Shown here piece after piece: positions 1 through 9,659 of a DNA stretch of 41,855 nucleotides. The notes under the pieces were generated by a model, which searched no databases, had not been told where the DNA came from, and worked only from the letters and a program-made list of their open reading frames with translations. The DNA comes from an uncultured bacterium (GTDB lineage: Bacteria > Cloacimonadota > Cloacimonadia > Cloacimonadales > TCS61), in the NCBI GenBank assembly GCA_963981005.1, contig CAXCCM010000002.1, positions 1-41,855 on the forward strand, written 5' to 3'. The position numbers were made by a program, and so were the translations under genes. Positions within the stretch are counted from its first letter, which is position 1. Each line of letters opens with the position of its first letter.

Positions 1-11
1 AGCGGGAAGGA

Positions 12-2924
12 TTGATCTCTACTAAAAAGAATATCGTAATTACTGATGTGGGAAGCACTACAACTAAAGCAATTCTCCTGCAGCGTGAGGGCAAAGATTT
101 CAAATTAAGATCACTGCATCATGCGGCAACTACAGTAGAAAAACCAGTAGAGGATGTAAACATTGGAGTACTTAAAGCGATCAAACATATCGAGAAAGAG
201 ACCTCCATTCCTCTCCTGTTAAAAAGTTCTCAAGAAGCGGATATAAAATTCAATGATGACACTCTCTACTTAACTACCAGCAGTGCTGGTGGAGGATTGC
301 AGATTTTGGTAATCGGCCTCACACTTTTTGATTCTGCCAGTAGTGGGAAGAGAACTGCTTTTGGAGCAGGCGGAGTGATCTTGGATACATTTGCGATTGA
401 TGATAAGCGCAGTAGTTTGGAGCAGATGCAAGCCATGAGCGTTCTGCATCCTGATATAATCTTGATGTGCGGTGGTATTGATGGAGGAGCTGTTTCATCG
501 ATTCTAAGATTGGGGGAAATATTACAATTGGCAAATCCTAGTCCAAAATTTGGTGATAAAACTAATATCCCACTGGTTTTTGCTGGTAATACAGGAGCAA
601 GAGCGTTCATTGCAGGATTGTTCAGCAAAAGGTTTGATCTGTTTATCGTGCCAAATTTACGCCCCAAACTTACCGAAGAAAATTTGCAGCCGGCCAGAGA
701 GAGGATCCATCAACTCTTTATGGATAATGTAATGGAGCAGGCTCCGGGCTATTCCCAACTGAAAAAGATAGTGAATGACGACATTATTCCCACCCCGATG
801 AGCGTGATAAATTCTCTGCAACTTGTAAGTGAAAAACTAGATGAGAATATAATGGCTGTTGATATCGGAGGAGCTACAACTGATATTTTTTCCAATATTT
901 TGGGTGAATATTTCCGTACGGTTAGTGCCAATTATGGGATGAGCTACAGTATCGCTAATGTGCTTAAGGATACAGGATATTCCAATGTGAAAAGATGGAT
1001 TCCCGGTGGATTGAGCGATGATTATATAGCAAACTACATTGCCAACAAGATGCTCTATCCGACCTTCAACCCATCAGATGAACCGCAGATCGCAATTGAA
1101 CATGCGATCTCCAAAGAAGCGATCAGGATGTCTAAAAAGCAGCATATGGAGATGAATTTTAATACCAGAGAGATCGGATTTTTGGATAAATTAAAAATGA
1201 AGCAACACGATCTAGAGAGTATTACAGAAGCATTTTATATTGAAGAAGCTAAAGATGCGAAGAAGTTCCACATGTATGATATCAACATTCTTATTGGTGC
1301 AGGTGGTGTTCTCTCTCATACCGATTCAAATGAGCAGGCTCTTTCTATAATCTACGATGGATTCCAGCCTGAGGGGATCACCGAGATCTGGAAGGATAAA
1401 CACTTTATCTCACCTCACCTTGGTAAACTGAGTGCAATTGATGAGGGACTTGCAACCAAACTACTAATTGATGAATGTTTTGAAAAGATCGGAATTACGA
1501 TTCGTCCCTTATCCCAAAAATGGAAACAGGATAAACCTGCTCTTGAGATAACAGTTGATGATGAAAAGCATACAGTTAAAGTTGGTGAACAGCTTTACAT
1601 TCCAAATAAGAAAAAGATTTCTAGAGAGATCAGCATCGTCTTGGAAAAAGGATTTTATCTAAATGAACAGGGTCACGGACTGAAATTCAAATCTGAACTT
1701 CCTATCTATATTGATGCATCACATGATGAAAATAAAAGTTTGGAAAATGATGCGCTACAACTTTTTGGACAATTTCATAAGATCCCCTCAATTGAAGAGA
1801 GCTTTACTAAATTCATTAAACCTAAACCAATAATTACAGGAGTTCAGGAACACAAAATTTCTCTTCCCTATGAAGGAAACATACTGGTAAATGTTGGTGA
1901 TGAAGTTAATTGTGACACTGTTATCGGAGAGAACCTGTTTGATCCTCCCCGGGTTTATGTGCTCTCACTTTTCGATAAAACTTACCTGAATTTAAATAGT
2001 GAAAATATAGAAAAATCACTTCGTATTAAGGAAGGTGAAGAAGTTAAATTTGGTCAGCGCATTGTCGAGATCGGAGACAGAACATTAATCCAGGAATTAA
2101 AGTTCCAACACTACTATTTTGATGCTCCAGTAAGAGGGAGAGTAGAGAAGATCAATCTAGATTCAGGAACAATTATTATGCGTGAGATCCAAGACTACTC
2201 GACCAAACCCAAAAAAGTCAATGTAGCCAAAAGAATGGATATTCTTCCTAAACAGATAAAAGCCTATATGAAAAAGAATGAGGGAGATTTTGTTTATGCA
2301 GGAGATACCTTGGCTTCCAGAATTTTTGATAAGAATGTTGCACTTCCCTCTTTTGTTCCATCCCCAACAACCGGTACAGTAAAAGAAGTTAATATGGAAA
2401 CCGGCATTGTAACAGTACAATATGATAAAAAGCCCTATCTGCTAAAAGCAGGTATTAATGGCAAAGTCAAAAAAATCGATGAAAAAGCATCTGCAGTCAT
2501 CTCCTACAATGGCATCACATTGAAAGGAGTAATCGGTTTTGGAGCAGAAGCTAGTGGAAAATTAAAAGTGATTGCACAGCCATCGCAGTTAGACAATTGT
2601 CGCGAAAATGAGATCCTTGTCTTTGCTACAGCGATCAATCATGAGATCATTCAAAAAGCTGTGGATAAAAAAGTTAGTGGAATTATCGCACCTTCTGTTA
2701 GCAGTGCAGATCTCGTGCTGTTTATCGGCAAAGAGATCGGTGTTGCTCTCACCGGAAATGAGGACATTCCTTTTCCACTTATCATAACAGAAGGATTTGG
2801 AAAATTTGAGATGAGTGGTAAATATCTAGATACTCTTAAAAAATATAATGGCAAAGACATTTATATTAATGGACATACTCAAATTCGTGCCGGTGTTACC
2901 AGACCGAAGATAATTATTTTCTAA
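12..2924 (+). CDS. GlmL/MutL-like (glutamate mutase accessory, ASKHA-fold) protein with a ~490-aa C-terminal extension
   Basis: The N-terminus has VITDVGSTTTKAILL and later AVDIGGATTD, typical of GlmL-type ATPases. The C-terminal half has repeated hybrid-barrel-like motifs (GDEVNCDTVIGE, VKFGQRIVEIGD, GDFVYAGDTLAS). The TTG start lies at the window edge and the frame is open to nt 3, so the 5' end is uncertain. Confidence 0.6.
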   Translation: MISTKKNIVITDVGSTTTKAILLQREGKDFKLRSLHHAATTVEKPVEDVNIGVLKAIKHIEKETSIPLLLKSSQEADIKFNDDTLYLTTSSAGGGLQILVIGLTLFDSASSGKRTAFGAGGVILDTFAIDDKRSSLEQMQAMSVLHPDIILMCGGIDGGAVSSILRLGEILQLANPSPKFGDKTNIPLVFAGNTGARAFIAGLFSKRFDLFIVPNLRPKLTEENLQPARERIHQLFMDNVMEQAPGYSQLKKIVNDDIIPTPMSVINSLQLVSEKLDENIMAVDIGGATTDIFSNILGEYFRTVSANYGMSYSIANVLKDTGYSNVKRWIPGGLSDDYIANYIANKMLYPTFNPSDEPQIAIEHAISKEAIRMSKKQHMEMNFNTREIGFLDKLKMKQHDLESITEAFYIEEAKDAKKFHMYDINILIGAGGVLSHTDSNEQALSIIYDGFQPEGITEIWKDKHFISPHLGKLSAIDEGLATKLLIDECFEKIGITIRPLSQKWKQDKPALEITVDDEKHTVKVGEQLYIPNKKKISREISIVLEKGFYLNEQGHGLKFKSELPIYIDASHDENKSLENDALQLFGQFHKIPSIEESFTKFIKPKPIITGVQEHKISLPYEGNILVNVGDEVNCDTVIGENLFDPPRVYVLSLFDKTYLNLNSENIEKSLRIKEGEEVKFGQRIVEIGDRTLIQELKFQHYYFDAPVRGRVEKINLDSGTIIMREIQDYSTKPKKVNVAKRMDILPKQIKAYMKKNEGDFVYAGDTLASRIFDKNVALPSFVPSPTTGTVKEVNMETGIVTVQYDKKPYLLKAGINGKVKKIDEKASAVISYNGITLKGVIGFGAEASGKLKVIAQPSQLDNCRENEILVFATAINHEIIQKAVDKKVSGIIAPSVSSADLVLFIGKEIGVALTGNEDIPFPLIITEGFGKFEMSGKYLDTLKKYNGKDIYINGHTQIRAGVTRPKIIIF

Positions 2925-2948
2925 GAAAATTATATTAAGGAGAAGATC

Positions 2949-4013
2949 ATGGTTAAATTTTTAGGAATATTATTTATATTTATCATAGTAGTATTAATAC
3001 TTGAAGCAAGTTCAGAAGAGCCCTCAAAGGTCTATTTCACAGATAATATATCGGGAGATGGTGTATTAGAAATCTTCCAAAATATTGGACAGGAAGTTAG
3101 TGGGAAAGTAGCAATCAAAGTTCACTTTGGTGAAGACGGTAATAGAAACTACTTGAAGCCGGAACTTATCGAAAAACTAACCCGAGAGCTTAATGCAACT
3201 CTTGTTGAGACTAATGTGCTTTATCGTGGTAAAAGACGTTTTACAGAGCATCACATTCAATTAGCAAAAGAGCATGGTTTCGATTTTGCTCCAATCGATA
3301 TATTAGATTCCGAAGGAGAAAAGGAAATAAATGTTGATCTAGAGCATTTTAAAGTTGTTAGTGTGGGTAGCCATATCGACAATTATGATAATCTGATCAT
3401 CTTCTCACACTTCAAAGGTCATGCTATGGCAGGTTTTGGAGGTGCGATCAAGAATGTAGCAATGGGATTAGCTTCAATTCCCGGTAAAATGGCCATGCAT
3501 GCTTCCAATATCCCTCTATTCAATAATTCACGCTGTACTTCATGTAAACTTTGTTTAGATGTTTGTTCTGTTGATGCCATTACACTTGATCCGCTTGTGA
3601 TCGATGTTGATAAGTGTATTGGCTGTGGAAAATGTATCGGAGTATGCCCAACAGGAGCAATTCAGGTCCCCTGGGGTAGCACTGGTAAAAATGAATTTAA
3701 TGAAAGACTTGTCGATTATGCAAAAGCTATTTCAAATAATTATGAAATGGTTTATATAAACGTTCTGGCTAATATTTCCAAAAGTTGTGACTGTGATGCC
3801 TATGCACAAGCTCCTTTTATGGATGATATTGGAATTTTAGCATCTACCGATATTGTTGCTATAGAAAAAGCTAGCCTCGATCTAGTAAATAAAGCTCATA
3901 ATTGTGAGGATACTTTTTTGAAAGTAAACTCTACAAGTGGGAATGGTCAGATCGATTATGCTTACAAAATAGGATTGGGTAATATTAAATACGAATTGAT
4001 TGAGATTAAATAA
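2949..4013 (+). CDS. DUF362-type protein with a 2x[4Fe-4S] ferredoxin insert and an N-terminal membrane anchor
   Basis: An AAGGAGA RBS precedes the ATG. Two Cys clusters are present, CTSCKLCLDVC and CIGCGKCIGVCP. The N-terminus is hydrophobic (FLGILFIFIIVVLIL). Confidence 0.7.
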   Translation: MVKFLGILFIFIIVVLILEASSEEPSKVYFTDNISGDGVLEIFQNIGQEVSGKVAIKVHFGEDGNRNYLKPELIEKLTRELNATLVETNVLYRGKRRFTEHHIQLAKEHGFDFAPIDILDSEGEKEINVDLEHFKVVSVGSHIDNYDNLIIFSHFKGHAMAGFGGAIKNVAMGLASIPGKMAMHASNIPLFNNSRCTSCKLCLDVCSVDAITLDPLVIDVDKCIGCGKCIGVCPTGAIQVPWGSTGKNEFNERLVDYAKAISNNYEMVYINVLANISKSCDCDAYAQAPFMDDIGILASTDIVAIEKASLDLVNKAHNCEDTFLKVNSTSGNGQIDYAYKIGLGNIKYELIEIK

Positions 4014-4123
4014 ACTCTGTTTTTAACATGTCAAAATAATGCAAATGTTAAAATAATGGAAAATTCTTGACCTTGAATGAGACAAATCATTAATCTATAT
4101 CAAATTATTAATAGGAGGGGAAA

Positions 4124-4519
4124 ATGTATGATAACATGTATGCTTCGGAAATGAGTTCGGGTCCTGGAATAGTATTCTGGATTTTTTACTTTGCTCTGAT
4201 TATTTTCATGATCTTTGTTCAATGGAAAATTTATGTAAAAGCCGGAAAACCTGGTTGGGGATGTATTGTCCCTATCTATAATGTTATCCTGCAGTTGGAA
4301 ATTGCTGGCAGACCGATCTGGTGGATATTCTTGATGTTTATTCCATTTGTAAATATTGTCGTTTCTATTATTATCCTAATCGATTTTGCAAAAGCGTTTG
4401 GAAAGGGAACTGGTTTTGCTATCGGCATGATATTTCTACCCTTTATCTTCTTCCCAATCCTTGCCTTTGACAGTTCTGAATATCAAGAGACAATTCATAT
4501 TGTAAGTGAGCCGTATTAG
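4124..4519 (+). CDS. Small integral membrane protein, DUF5684-like
   Basis: GGAGGGG RBS. The motif GKPGWGCIVPIYNVILQLEIAGRP followed by hydrophobic helices is characteristic of this family. Confidence 0.6.
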   Translation: MYDNMYASEMSSGPGIVFWIFYFALIIFMIFVQWKIYVKAGKPGWGCIVPIYNVILQLEIAGRPIWWIFLMFIPFVNIVVSIIILIDFAKAFGKGTGFAIGMIFLPFIFFPILAFDSSEYQETIHIVSEPY

Positions 4520-4544
4520 ATATAACATAAAAGATTAAAATTAG

Positions 4545-4580
4545 AAGCCTCTCGGATTATAGAACCGAGAGGCTTTTTCT
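4545..4580. terminator. Rho-independent terminator between convergent genes
   Basis: Perfect 11-bp stem AAGCCTCTCGG / CCGAGAGGCTT with a 9-nt loop, followed by TTTTT on the + strand. Confidence 0.8.
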
Positions 4581-4590
4581 TACTTAAATT

Positions 4591-4887
4591 CTAGCAAGTG
4601 TCAGAATTCAGATCATTATCATTTTCATCCCTGAAATGTTTATGTATAAATTCCGGTTTGTGATGGATACTCTTCTTATGCTCTTTATGCACTTTGTAAT
4701 TGGAATTGAACAAGATTTTAAACAGTATCAAGATCATAATTCCCTGCCAATAAGTAATAGGCGTTAAACTGAAGATCGGTGTGATCGTAGCATTCCATAA
4801 CAACTGCACTGCCCATCCAACTAAAAATGCTACTCCAATTCCTAATAGAATGAATAGCGGGATAAATTTTTTGTGTTTACATTTCAT
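4591..4887 (-). CDS. Small two-helix membrane protein, last gene of the ECF sigma operon
   Basis: Two hydrophobic helices and a His/Lys-rich tail. It follows the sigma-factor genes on the same strand. Confidence 0.5.
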   Translation of the reverse strand: MKCKHKKFIPLFILLGIGVAFLVGWAVQLLWNATITPIFSLTPITYWQGIMILILFKILFNSNYKVHKEHKKSIHHKPEFIHKHFRDENDNDLNSDTC

Positions 4888-4909
4888 ATTTCCTCCAATA
4901 TGTTTTATT

Positions 4910-5131
4910 TTAAATTTCTATTATCGGGTTTATTCTGATCTTTTGCCCTGAGAGTAAATCTCTCAACAAGAACAGAGTGCTGACACCTGGCAACCAACTC
5001 AGATAGTCACTTAGCTCAGTTTCCGGTTCGTTTTCTATTTCAATATTCTCAGCAGCATATAATAGGACATCTATCTCCAAATCATCCGGTGCTTTTTGCA
5101 TACCTTTTTTTAGGATTTGATCCTTAAACAT
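4910..5131 (-). CDS. Hypothetical acidic protein; possible anti-sigma partner (speculative)
   Basis: It lies 2 nt downstream of the ECF sigma gene. No recognisable motif. Confidence 0.4.
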   Translation of the reverse strand: MFKDQILKKGMQKAPDDLEIDVLLYAAENIEIENEPETELSDYLSWLPGVSTLFLLRDLLSGQKIRINPIIEI

Positions 5132-5133
5132 TG

Positions 5134-5673
5134 TTAACCTTCCTTTATTTGAAGTTGATCGTTCTGTAAAAACTTTCTTAAATAGTTAAGTGCATAACGA
5201 TAGCGTGAAGCAATTGTATCTCTTGAGATCTCTTTCAATTTACCGATCTCTTCAAAAGTCATTTTACTAAAGATGTGTAGATGCAGAACATCATGAAGAA
5301 GAGGTTTTTCTTGAGCCAGATAAGATAATGATTCCTTAAAGGTATCTTCGCTTACCTGCTCTATTTCTTCCGTTTCAATATCAGGAATATCAAATTCATC
5401 ACTAAGAGAGAGAACTTTTGCTTTGCGACTTAAATTGCGTACAAGATTCATAGCAATTTGAAATAGATATGCTTTGGGATTCGTTAGCTCTTTTTTAGAA
5501 GCAGAATCAATAAATTTCATGAATGTCTCCTGAAAAATATCGCTTGCATCATCTTTGCACCTATTGTACAAAAAAGTATAGAGTGAATCTTTATACTTTC
5601 CATAAAATATCTGAAAGGCATCCATGTCTCCGCTTCTATATGCAGCTATCAAATCCTGATCCGTCCACTTCAT
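5134..5673 (-). CDS. ECF (sigma-70 family, group 4) RNA polymerase sigma factor
   Basis: Region 2 is visible (DASDIFQETFMKF) and so is region 4 (MTFEEIGKLKEISRDTIASRYRYALNYLR). I place the start at MKWTDQD, preceded by a GAGGAAG RBS, rather than at the longer ORF-track start. Confidence 0.85.
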   Translation of the reverse strand: MKWTDQDLIAAYRSGDMDAFQIFYGKYKDSLYTFLYNRCKDDASDIFQETFMKFIDSASKKELTNPKAYLFQIAMNLVRNLSRKAKVLSLSDEFDIPDIETEEIEQVSEDTFKESLSYLAQEKPLLHDVLHLHIFSKMTFEEIGKLKEISRDTIASRYRYALNYLRKFLQNDQLQIKEG

Positions 5674-5900
5674 TTTTCTTCCTCTCACCTACTATGACAC
5701 AAAAGTGTTTGAATGTGTTTAATTTATTTTTATTTTTTTGTTAGTCAATAAATACACCCCTTAATTAATTCCATAGATTAGTTCACATAAAGTTAACCGC
5801 ATTAGAATATTGTAGATATCTTAATTATTTATTGAGTTTCTTAATAGTTAGTTAATTTAAGGTTAGATCCATTTAACGAATGAAAAGAGGAATCAACTCA

Positions 5901-5930
5901 TGTCCAGTTTATTAATTAAAATACTGGACA
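5901..5930. promoter_or_regulatory. Inverted repeat upstream of abiEi; candidate autoregulatory operator
   Basis: TGTCCAGT-N14-ACTGGACA is a perfect 8-bp inverted repeat ending 32 nt before the AbiEi start. AbiEi antitoxins are known to repress their own promoter through inverted repeats. Confidence 0.4.
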
Positions 5931-5961
5931 ATATTGCAAAGAAAAAATTAATGCTTTTATT

Positions 5962-6687
5962 ATGAAAGTAAAAGAATTTGTAATCAAGAAAATTGAAAGG
6001 CTTCCTGAGGGATTTGTCTTTACCTATGAGGATATCATTGAGGAAACAAACAGCAAGGAAGCTGTAATCAAAAATTTAAACAGAATGGTAACTTCTGGAA
6101 AATTGAGTAAGCTTTCAAAGGGCAGATTTTACAAACCAGAGAAAACTCCTTTTGGCAAACTGGAACCTAATGAATTCCAGATTGCAAAAGATCTATTAAA
6201 AAAAAATGAGAAACTTGTTGGATATTTAACAGGTTTAACTGTTTACAACCAACTTGGATTAACAACCCAAATAAGCAATATTATACAAATTGGTCGAAAT
6301 GAAACAAGACCTGCAACCCAACGAGGAAAATACAAAATATATTTCATTAAGCAAAAAAATAAAATTTCCAAAGAAAATATTCCCTTGTTACAAATTTTGG
6401 ATGCAATACGATATATAAAAGAAATTCCAGATACAAAAATTCAACTTTTATGCAATCGATTTTTAAATATTCTGTCTGAACTTTCACAAAATAATAAAAC
6501 TACATTAATTCGTTTGGCACTTAACTATTCACCTGCAACTCGTGCATTGCTTGGAGCATTACTGGATAAAGTAGGAGATGAAGAGCTAACAGGAAAATTA
6601 CAAAATTCTTTAAATCCTATCACAAATTATAAACTGGGTATCACAAGAGAAAATTTATCAACAATTGAAAAATGGAATTTAAAATGA
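5962..6687 (+). CDS. abiEi: AbiEi-family (type IV TA / abortive infection) antitoxin and transcriptional regulator
   Basis: The N-terminal winged-helix region (FTYEDIIE...AVIKNLNRMVTSGKLSKLSKGRFY) is typical of AbiEi/DUF6088. Its stop overlaps the next gene start in an ATGA. Confidence 0.75.
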   Translation: MKVKEFVIKKIERLPEGFVFTYEDIIEETNSKEAVIKNLNRMVTSGKLSKLSKGRFYKPEKTPFGKLEPNEFQIAKDLLKKNEKLVGYLTGLTVYNQLGLTTQISNIIQIGRNETRPATQRGKYKIYFIKQKNKISKENIPLLQILDAIRYIKEIPDTKIQLLCNRFLNILSELSQNNKTTLIRLALNYSPATRALLGALLDKVGDEELTGKLQNSLNPITNYKLGITRENLSTIEKWNLK

Positions 6688-7671
6688 AACTACATAATAA
6701 CACGAAATTATTTAAACAAGCAATACAAGCAACGTCTCAACATAAGGACTTTTAGAAATATATGTGGAAAAAGATTATTGGGTAACACTGGCTTTGCACA
6801 TTATTTTTCACAGCGATTTAAGAGATTTTGTTGTTTTCAAAGGTGGAACTGCACTTTCTAAAGCTTTCAAATCTATAGATCGTTTTTCTGAGGATATTGA
6901 TTTAGTCTTATTGCATAATGAAAACGAAACATCAAATCAACTCAAGAGAAGATTAAAACAAATAAGCAATATTGTATCTGAACAACTTCCTGAATTTGCT
7001 CTTGAAGGGATTACTCGAAAAATGGGAATGAATCGTAAAACAGCTCATTCTTATCAGCATATTTTTAAAGGTAATTTTGGACAGGTAAGAGATTGCATAA
7101 TACTTGAAACAAGTTGGTTAGGAAACTATGAACCAAATACAAAGCTAAAACTAAATTCGTTTATTTATGATATGATGATCGCAACAGGTCAGAAAAAATT
7201 GCTGAAGCATCTGGGTTATTACCTTTTGAAGTATTAGTTTTAGAATCTAAAAGAACAATTTGTGAGAAAATTATGAGTTTAACTCGCTTTTCTTATTCGG
7301 AAAAACCGATTGAAGATTTGAATTTTAAAATCAGACACATTTATGATATTACACGTTTACTAACCGATAATGATCTTCTGCAATTTGTGGAATCAAGTGA
7401 GTTTGATAAAATGCTATTACGTGTGGCAAAAGATGATGTTCATAGTTTTAAACAAAATAAATGGTTAAAAAAACACCCAAAAGATGCGATAATTTTTGCT
7501 AAATCGAAAGAAATATGGGAAGAATTAAAATTAGTTTACCATAACAAATTCAAAGATTTGGTTTATGGAGAACTACCAAGTAATGAAGAAATTTTATCGG
7601 CATTAAATAAAATTGTTTGTAGAATTTCAGCAGTTGATTGGTCTGAAATAGAGAAAGAGTTTACTAATTAA
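6684..7671 (+). pseudogene. abiEii: AbiEii/AbiGii-family nucleotidyltransferase toxin, disrupted by two frameshifts
   Basis: Three collinear pieces sit in three frames. Piece 1 is MKLHNNTKLFKQAIQATSQHKDF* (6684-6755). Piece 2 is ..LEIYVEKDYWVT...FKGGTALSKAF..DRFSEDIDL.. (to 7237). Piece 3 is ..PFEVLVLESKRTICEKIMSLTRFSY.. (to 7671). The second shift falls in the A6 run at 7193-7198. Confidence 0.8.
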
Positions 7672-8236
7672 AATATTCTAGTACTATAAATTATACTTTT
7701 TGATCTTTTTATGTAGCGTTGTGCGTTCTAAACTGATCTTGTTATTATTTGAATTTAACTGATAATCTAGATATTGAGATAAATGAAGATTTGAGAAGTA
7801 ACCTTTTTTTTGATATTAATTATTTTGGTGCAGAGAAAAGGAAAATAAAATACTTCATTGATACTTCGAATGAAAAAGAGATAAAAAACATTGTAACTCT
7901 ATGATTACAAATGAGCTGCTGAATTCATCTATTGAGAACATAACATATTCCTATTCTTTATCACATGAATTCTGTTTTTGACAATTCAAGCGGTCAATAT
8001 TTACTTATTTTGACAATTTCATTTGTCATAAATCAATAATTTAAGTAAATCACTATGAATTAATAATATTGAGGTGAAAATTGGTTATGTCTTTAGGGAT
8101 AATCAGGAAATAGGATACAATAACATTATACCACTTTATCTTTCTGGCTTTTTGTATTAAACTGTGAATAAACTCAAAAGTATTTCTACTTACCCAAATA
8201 CTTGACACTCTAATTTCAATTTGAGCTATTTGCATC

Positions 8237-9337
8237 ATGGCAAAAATAATTTATAGTTTATCAGGCGAAGGATCTGGGCATTCTTCACGTTCAAGGGAGA
8301 TGATAACTCATCTTATAAAGAGAGGGCATACCGTAAAAGTAGCCAGTTATGATAGGGGTTATAAGAACCTAAAAGATGATTTTGATGTTTTGGAAATTGA
8401 AGGATTCTCGATAGTTAGTGAAGATAATAAAGTCTCGATCAGTAAAACTTTTACCCAGAACTTCAATACGATCTTAGATAGATTTGAAGCTTCAAATACA
8501 CTAAAACAAAAGTATTTTAAAGAGTTCCAACCCGACTGCGTTATCACCGATTTTGAACCAATGGCTGCCTATCTGGCTAACGAGTTGGATGTACCGCTAA
8601 TTACAATTGATAACCAGCACCGTATGCGCTATATGGAATTCCCATGCCCCTTTGAGTGGAAAGCAGAGGCACTTTTTATTGAAAACCTCATCCGCGTAAT
8701 GATCCCGCGTCCCTGCGTTTCGCTGGTTACAACCTTCTACTTTGGCGAAAAGAAAAACGAGCGCACATTTACCTTCCCACCAATTTTAAGGCAATCTGTA
8801 ATTAATGCCAAACCGTCAATCGGAGACTATATTCTTGTATATGCAACCCAGGAATATGATTCTCTGATAGAAAATATACAAAATTATAAGAGAGAAAAGT
8901 TCATTATTTATGGCTTCAATGAAGATAAGGTTGAAGAAAATCTTACTTATAAAACCTTCAGCAGAGAGGGTTTTTTACAAGATCTAGCCGGAAGTAAGGC
9001 AGTAATTGCAACTGCCGGATTTACACTTATGACAGAATCTTTTTATCTTGGGAAACCCTATCTGGCACTGCCTATGAAGGGACAGTTTGAGCAAGTATTG
9101 AACGGGTTAATGCTGGATGAACTGGAATACGGCAAAAGCACACATGATCTTAAAAAGGAGAATATCTCAGCCTTCTTGTATGATATTCCGGAATATACAC
9201 AAAACCTTAAAAGTTATAAACATAGAGATAATAGTACGATCACTGAAATGCTAGATATGCTTCTTGAAAATGATCTGAAATTGCTACTTGAATTTCATGA
9301 TAAACGCAGAACAATCTTTCATTTTGATGAAAAATAG
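8237..9337 (+). CDS. GT-B glycosyltransferase (family 28 / MJ1255-like)
   Basis: N-terminal GEGSGHSSRS loop, a C-terminal ATAGFTLMTESFYLGKP motif, and a length of 366 aa. Confidence 0.7.
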   Translation: MAKIIYSLSGEGSGHSSRSREMITHLIKRGHTVKVASYDRGYKNLKDDFDVLEIEGFSIVSEDNKVSISKTFTQNFNTILDRFEASNTLKQKYFKEFQPDCVITDFEPMAAYLANELDVPLITIDNQHRMRYMEFPCPFEWKAEALFIENLIRVMIPRPCVSLVTTFYFGEKKNERTFTFPPILRQSVINAKPSIGDYILVYATQEYDSLIENIQNYKREKFIIYGFNEDKVEENLTYKTFSREGFLQDLAGSKAVIATAGFTLMTESFYLGKPYLALPMKGQFEQVLNGLMLDELEYGKSTHDLKKENISAFLYDIPEYTQNLKSYKHRDNSTITEMLDMLLENDLKLLLEFHDKRRTIFHFDEK

Positions 9338-9407
9338 GAATAAAATTATGAGAAGAAAAGATAGAGAGATCACAGACAAAAAGAATATTCAGAGGATAAT
9401 TTCTAAA
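9191..9407 (+). repeat. Left copy of the ~216-bp direct repeat (intact GT 3' end plus the first ~20 codons of a PNPOx-type gene)
   Basis: It aligns with 35056-35271. By eye there are about 13 mismatches and 1 indel. The core 9238-9312 is identical to 35103-35177. Confidence 0.9.
9348..9407 (+). pseudogene. 5' fragment of a PNPOx-family gene (MRRKDREITDKKNIQRIISK...)
   Basis: It matches the start of the intact gene at 35212 (MRRKDREITDKKKMQMIISK). Homology stops at about 9407 and the frame then runs into unrelated sequence. Confidence 0.8.
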
Positions 9408-9659
9408 ACTAACAAATCCAATAGCCAGGCTCTCATTATATTTTCGTATCATGGGATATAATATTAGTGCAAATCCGATGTATATGGGAAACAAGGTAAA
9501 TTGGAAAAAAGCTCCTGTTAATACTTGATTTTTATTTGCGGAAACTTCTGTAAGATAGTCTGAACTTTCTACAGAAGGAACAACACTAAGAATGCCTGCA
9601 ACCATTCCAATAATAATTAGTATTCCTGCCATGATTGCGGTCTTTCTGTTTGAATCCAT
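9408..9659 (-). pseudogene. Truncated DUF4386-like membrane protein (N-terminal ~82 codons only)
   Basis: MDSNRKTAIMAGILIIIGMVAGILS...LYPMIRKYNESLAIGFV with an AAGGAA RBS. The reading frame then continues into the antisense of the direct repeat. The 151-aa ORF-track call (9240..9695) is therefore a chimera. Confidence 0.6.

Noticed and set aside
266-667. Antisense and overlapping ORF-track entries inside long genes. Examples: 266..667, 2163..2420, 14558..14965, 15563..15895, 17565..17969, 17765..18208, 20245..21021, 23749..24030, 26699..26980, 33429..34235.
   Set aside because: They lie entirely within much longer ORFs that have clear domain motifs on the opposite strand or in another frame. 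They lack RBS signals and have low-complexity or odd composition. I treat them as shadow ORFs.
8053-8238. A 61-aa minus-strand ORF abutting the glycosyltransferase start.
   Set aside because: It has no RBS and its composition is AT-driven. It lies in a promoter-like intergenic region, so it is probably not coding.
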